A program made the translations under genes and the position numbers. A DNA stretch of 63,424 nt, counting the filler, from Octopus bimaculoides (taxonomy: Eukaryota): NCBI RefSeq assembly GCF_001194135.2. It is 4 parts of 4 records of this genome, joined end to end, with 100 filler letters (N's around TTAATTAATTAA, not from the genome) between each part and the next. Parts side by side here need not be neighbours in the genome. Positions count along the whole stretch, not along the records: positions 62,253 to 63,424 come from NW_026298896.1; 3 more parts are not named here. One strand, 5' to 3'. This document shows, one piece after another, positions 62,641 to 63,424 of this stretch (positions within the stretch are counted from its first letter, which is position 1; every line of letters starts with the position of its first letter). Below the pieces are notes generated by a model. The model saw only the letters and a program-made list of their open reading frames with translations, was not told where the DNA came from and did not search any database.

Positions 62641-63229
62641 TGCTTATTATTATAAAATTTTTGTATAAGTTTACCGATAATGGCTCTTTTAACATACCGA
62701 ACTACTTGGTAAAATTATTAATTATTAATTTTACCATATATATATATACGTGTGTGTCTATGTGTGTGCGTGTGTATGTGTCTGTGTGTGTGCGGGTGCG
62801 TATGTCTGTGTCTGTGTGCGTGGTGTATGAGCGTGTGTTTCTACACATAGATGTGTGTGTGTGTGTGTAAGTACATATGCGTGTGTATGCATTTGTGGGC
62901 TTGTACCTGAGCATAAACTGAAACTATATTAAAATAATTCTGATACCAAAAGAGCAGAACACTGATAATTGCTTTTAAGCAAGAAACTCAGTCCCAAATC
63001 AAGGCCCCACTTTTATATATGGAAATATAAGATCTGATTATAGGAAAATAAAACTCGGCCCTGATATGATTTGTAAACATTTAATCATTAAATCTGAGGA
63101 CAATTATCAGAAAAGTCATTCTAATTCATAGTCATATATTTATATATATTCCAAAATGTAACCCCATGTGGATTGTTGGCGATTATTTTCCTCCGTATTC
63201 CTTTTTCTCTTGGACTTTCCTCTGTCTCT

Positions 63230-63266
63230 TGTTTCTGAAGAAGAGCTTTGCTCGAAACATAAAACA
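63230..63266 (+). ncRNA. Minimal type I hammerhead ribozyme motif (Penelope-type), probably impaired
   Basis: Stem I TGTTT(63230-34)/AAACA(63262-66); core CTGAAGA (63235-41) plus an extra A; stem II GAGC-TTT-GCTC; GAAA (63254-57); ACAT where the self-complementary ACGT is expected; cleavage triplet ATA ending at 63261. Confidence 0.65.
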
Positions 63267-63424
63267 CACTTTCTTTCCTTCTCTGGGCGTCTTACTAATA
63301 CTTTGCATGTACCACGTCCTCACGTTGTTGTTTTTTTCTTATCCTTTTTTCTGGTTTTTTAAAAATTAATTATATATATATAAATTAAAACATTAGGGTA
63401 AAAAACTGGATATTAATTAATATC

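Noticed and set aside
62668-62714. TTTACC-GATAATGG...CCGAA-CTACTT-GGTAAA hammerhead-like relic
   Set aside because: Stem I pairs, but both catalytic core segments carry deletions or substitutions; too degenerate to support.

Overview
AT-rich, repeat-dense animal genomic DNA from a gapped draft scaffold. The SINE/LINE families and microsatellite load suggest an octopus (inference from remembered repeat sequences, not a database search). Three spliced genes can be reconstructed by hand, all on the + strand. (1) A secreted lipocalin, exons 8853-8978, 14839-14966, 16841-16896, 20223-20432 and 21650-21714, with signal peptide, FSGTW, TDY and SRT motifs; it runs on into the start of a second lipocalin domain whose remaining exons I could not find. 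(2, 3) Two tandem PLAC8/cornifelin-family paralogues (43931-45319 and 52251-56765) with identical intron phases and divergent N-termini. The rest is transposon debris and simple repeats: a nearly intact DD34D mariner interrupted by a solo LTR, a 1.68-kb TA-flanked foldback element, DD37D/maT, hAT and piggyBac relics, RTE, CR1-like, Tx1, R4/Dong-like and Penelope fragments, many tRNA-head SINEs and palindromic MITEs. Several minimal hammerhead-ribozyme motifs of the Penelope type are present in various states of decay. Almost all ORFs in the supplied track are microsatellite or N-gap artefacts. No CRISPR, rRNA or true tRNA gene was seen.
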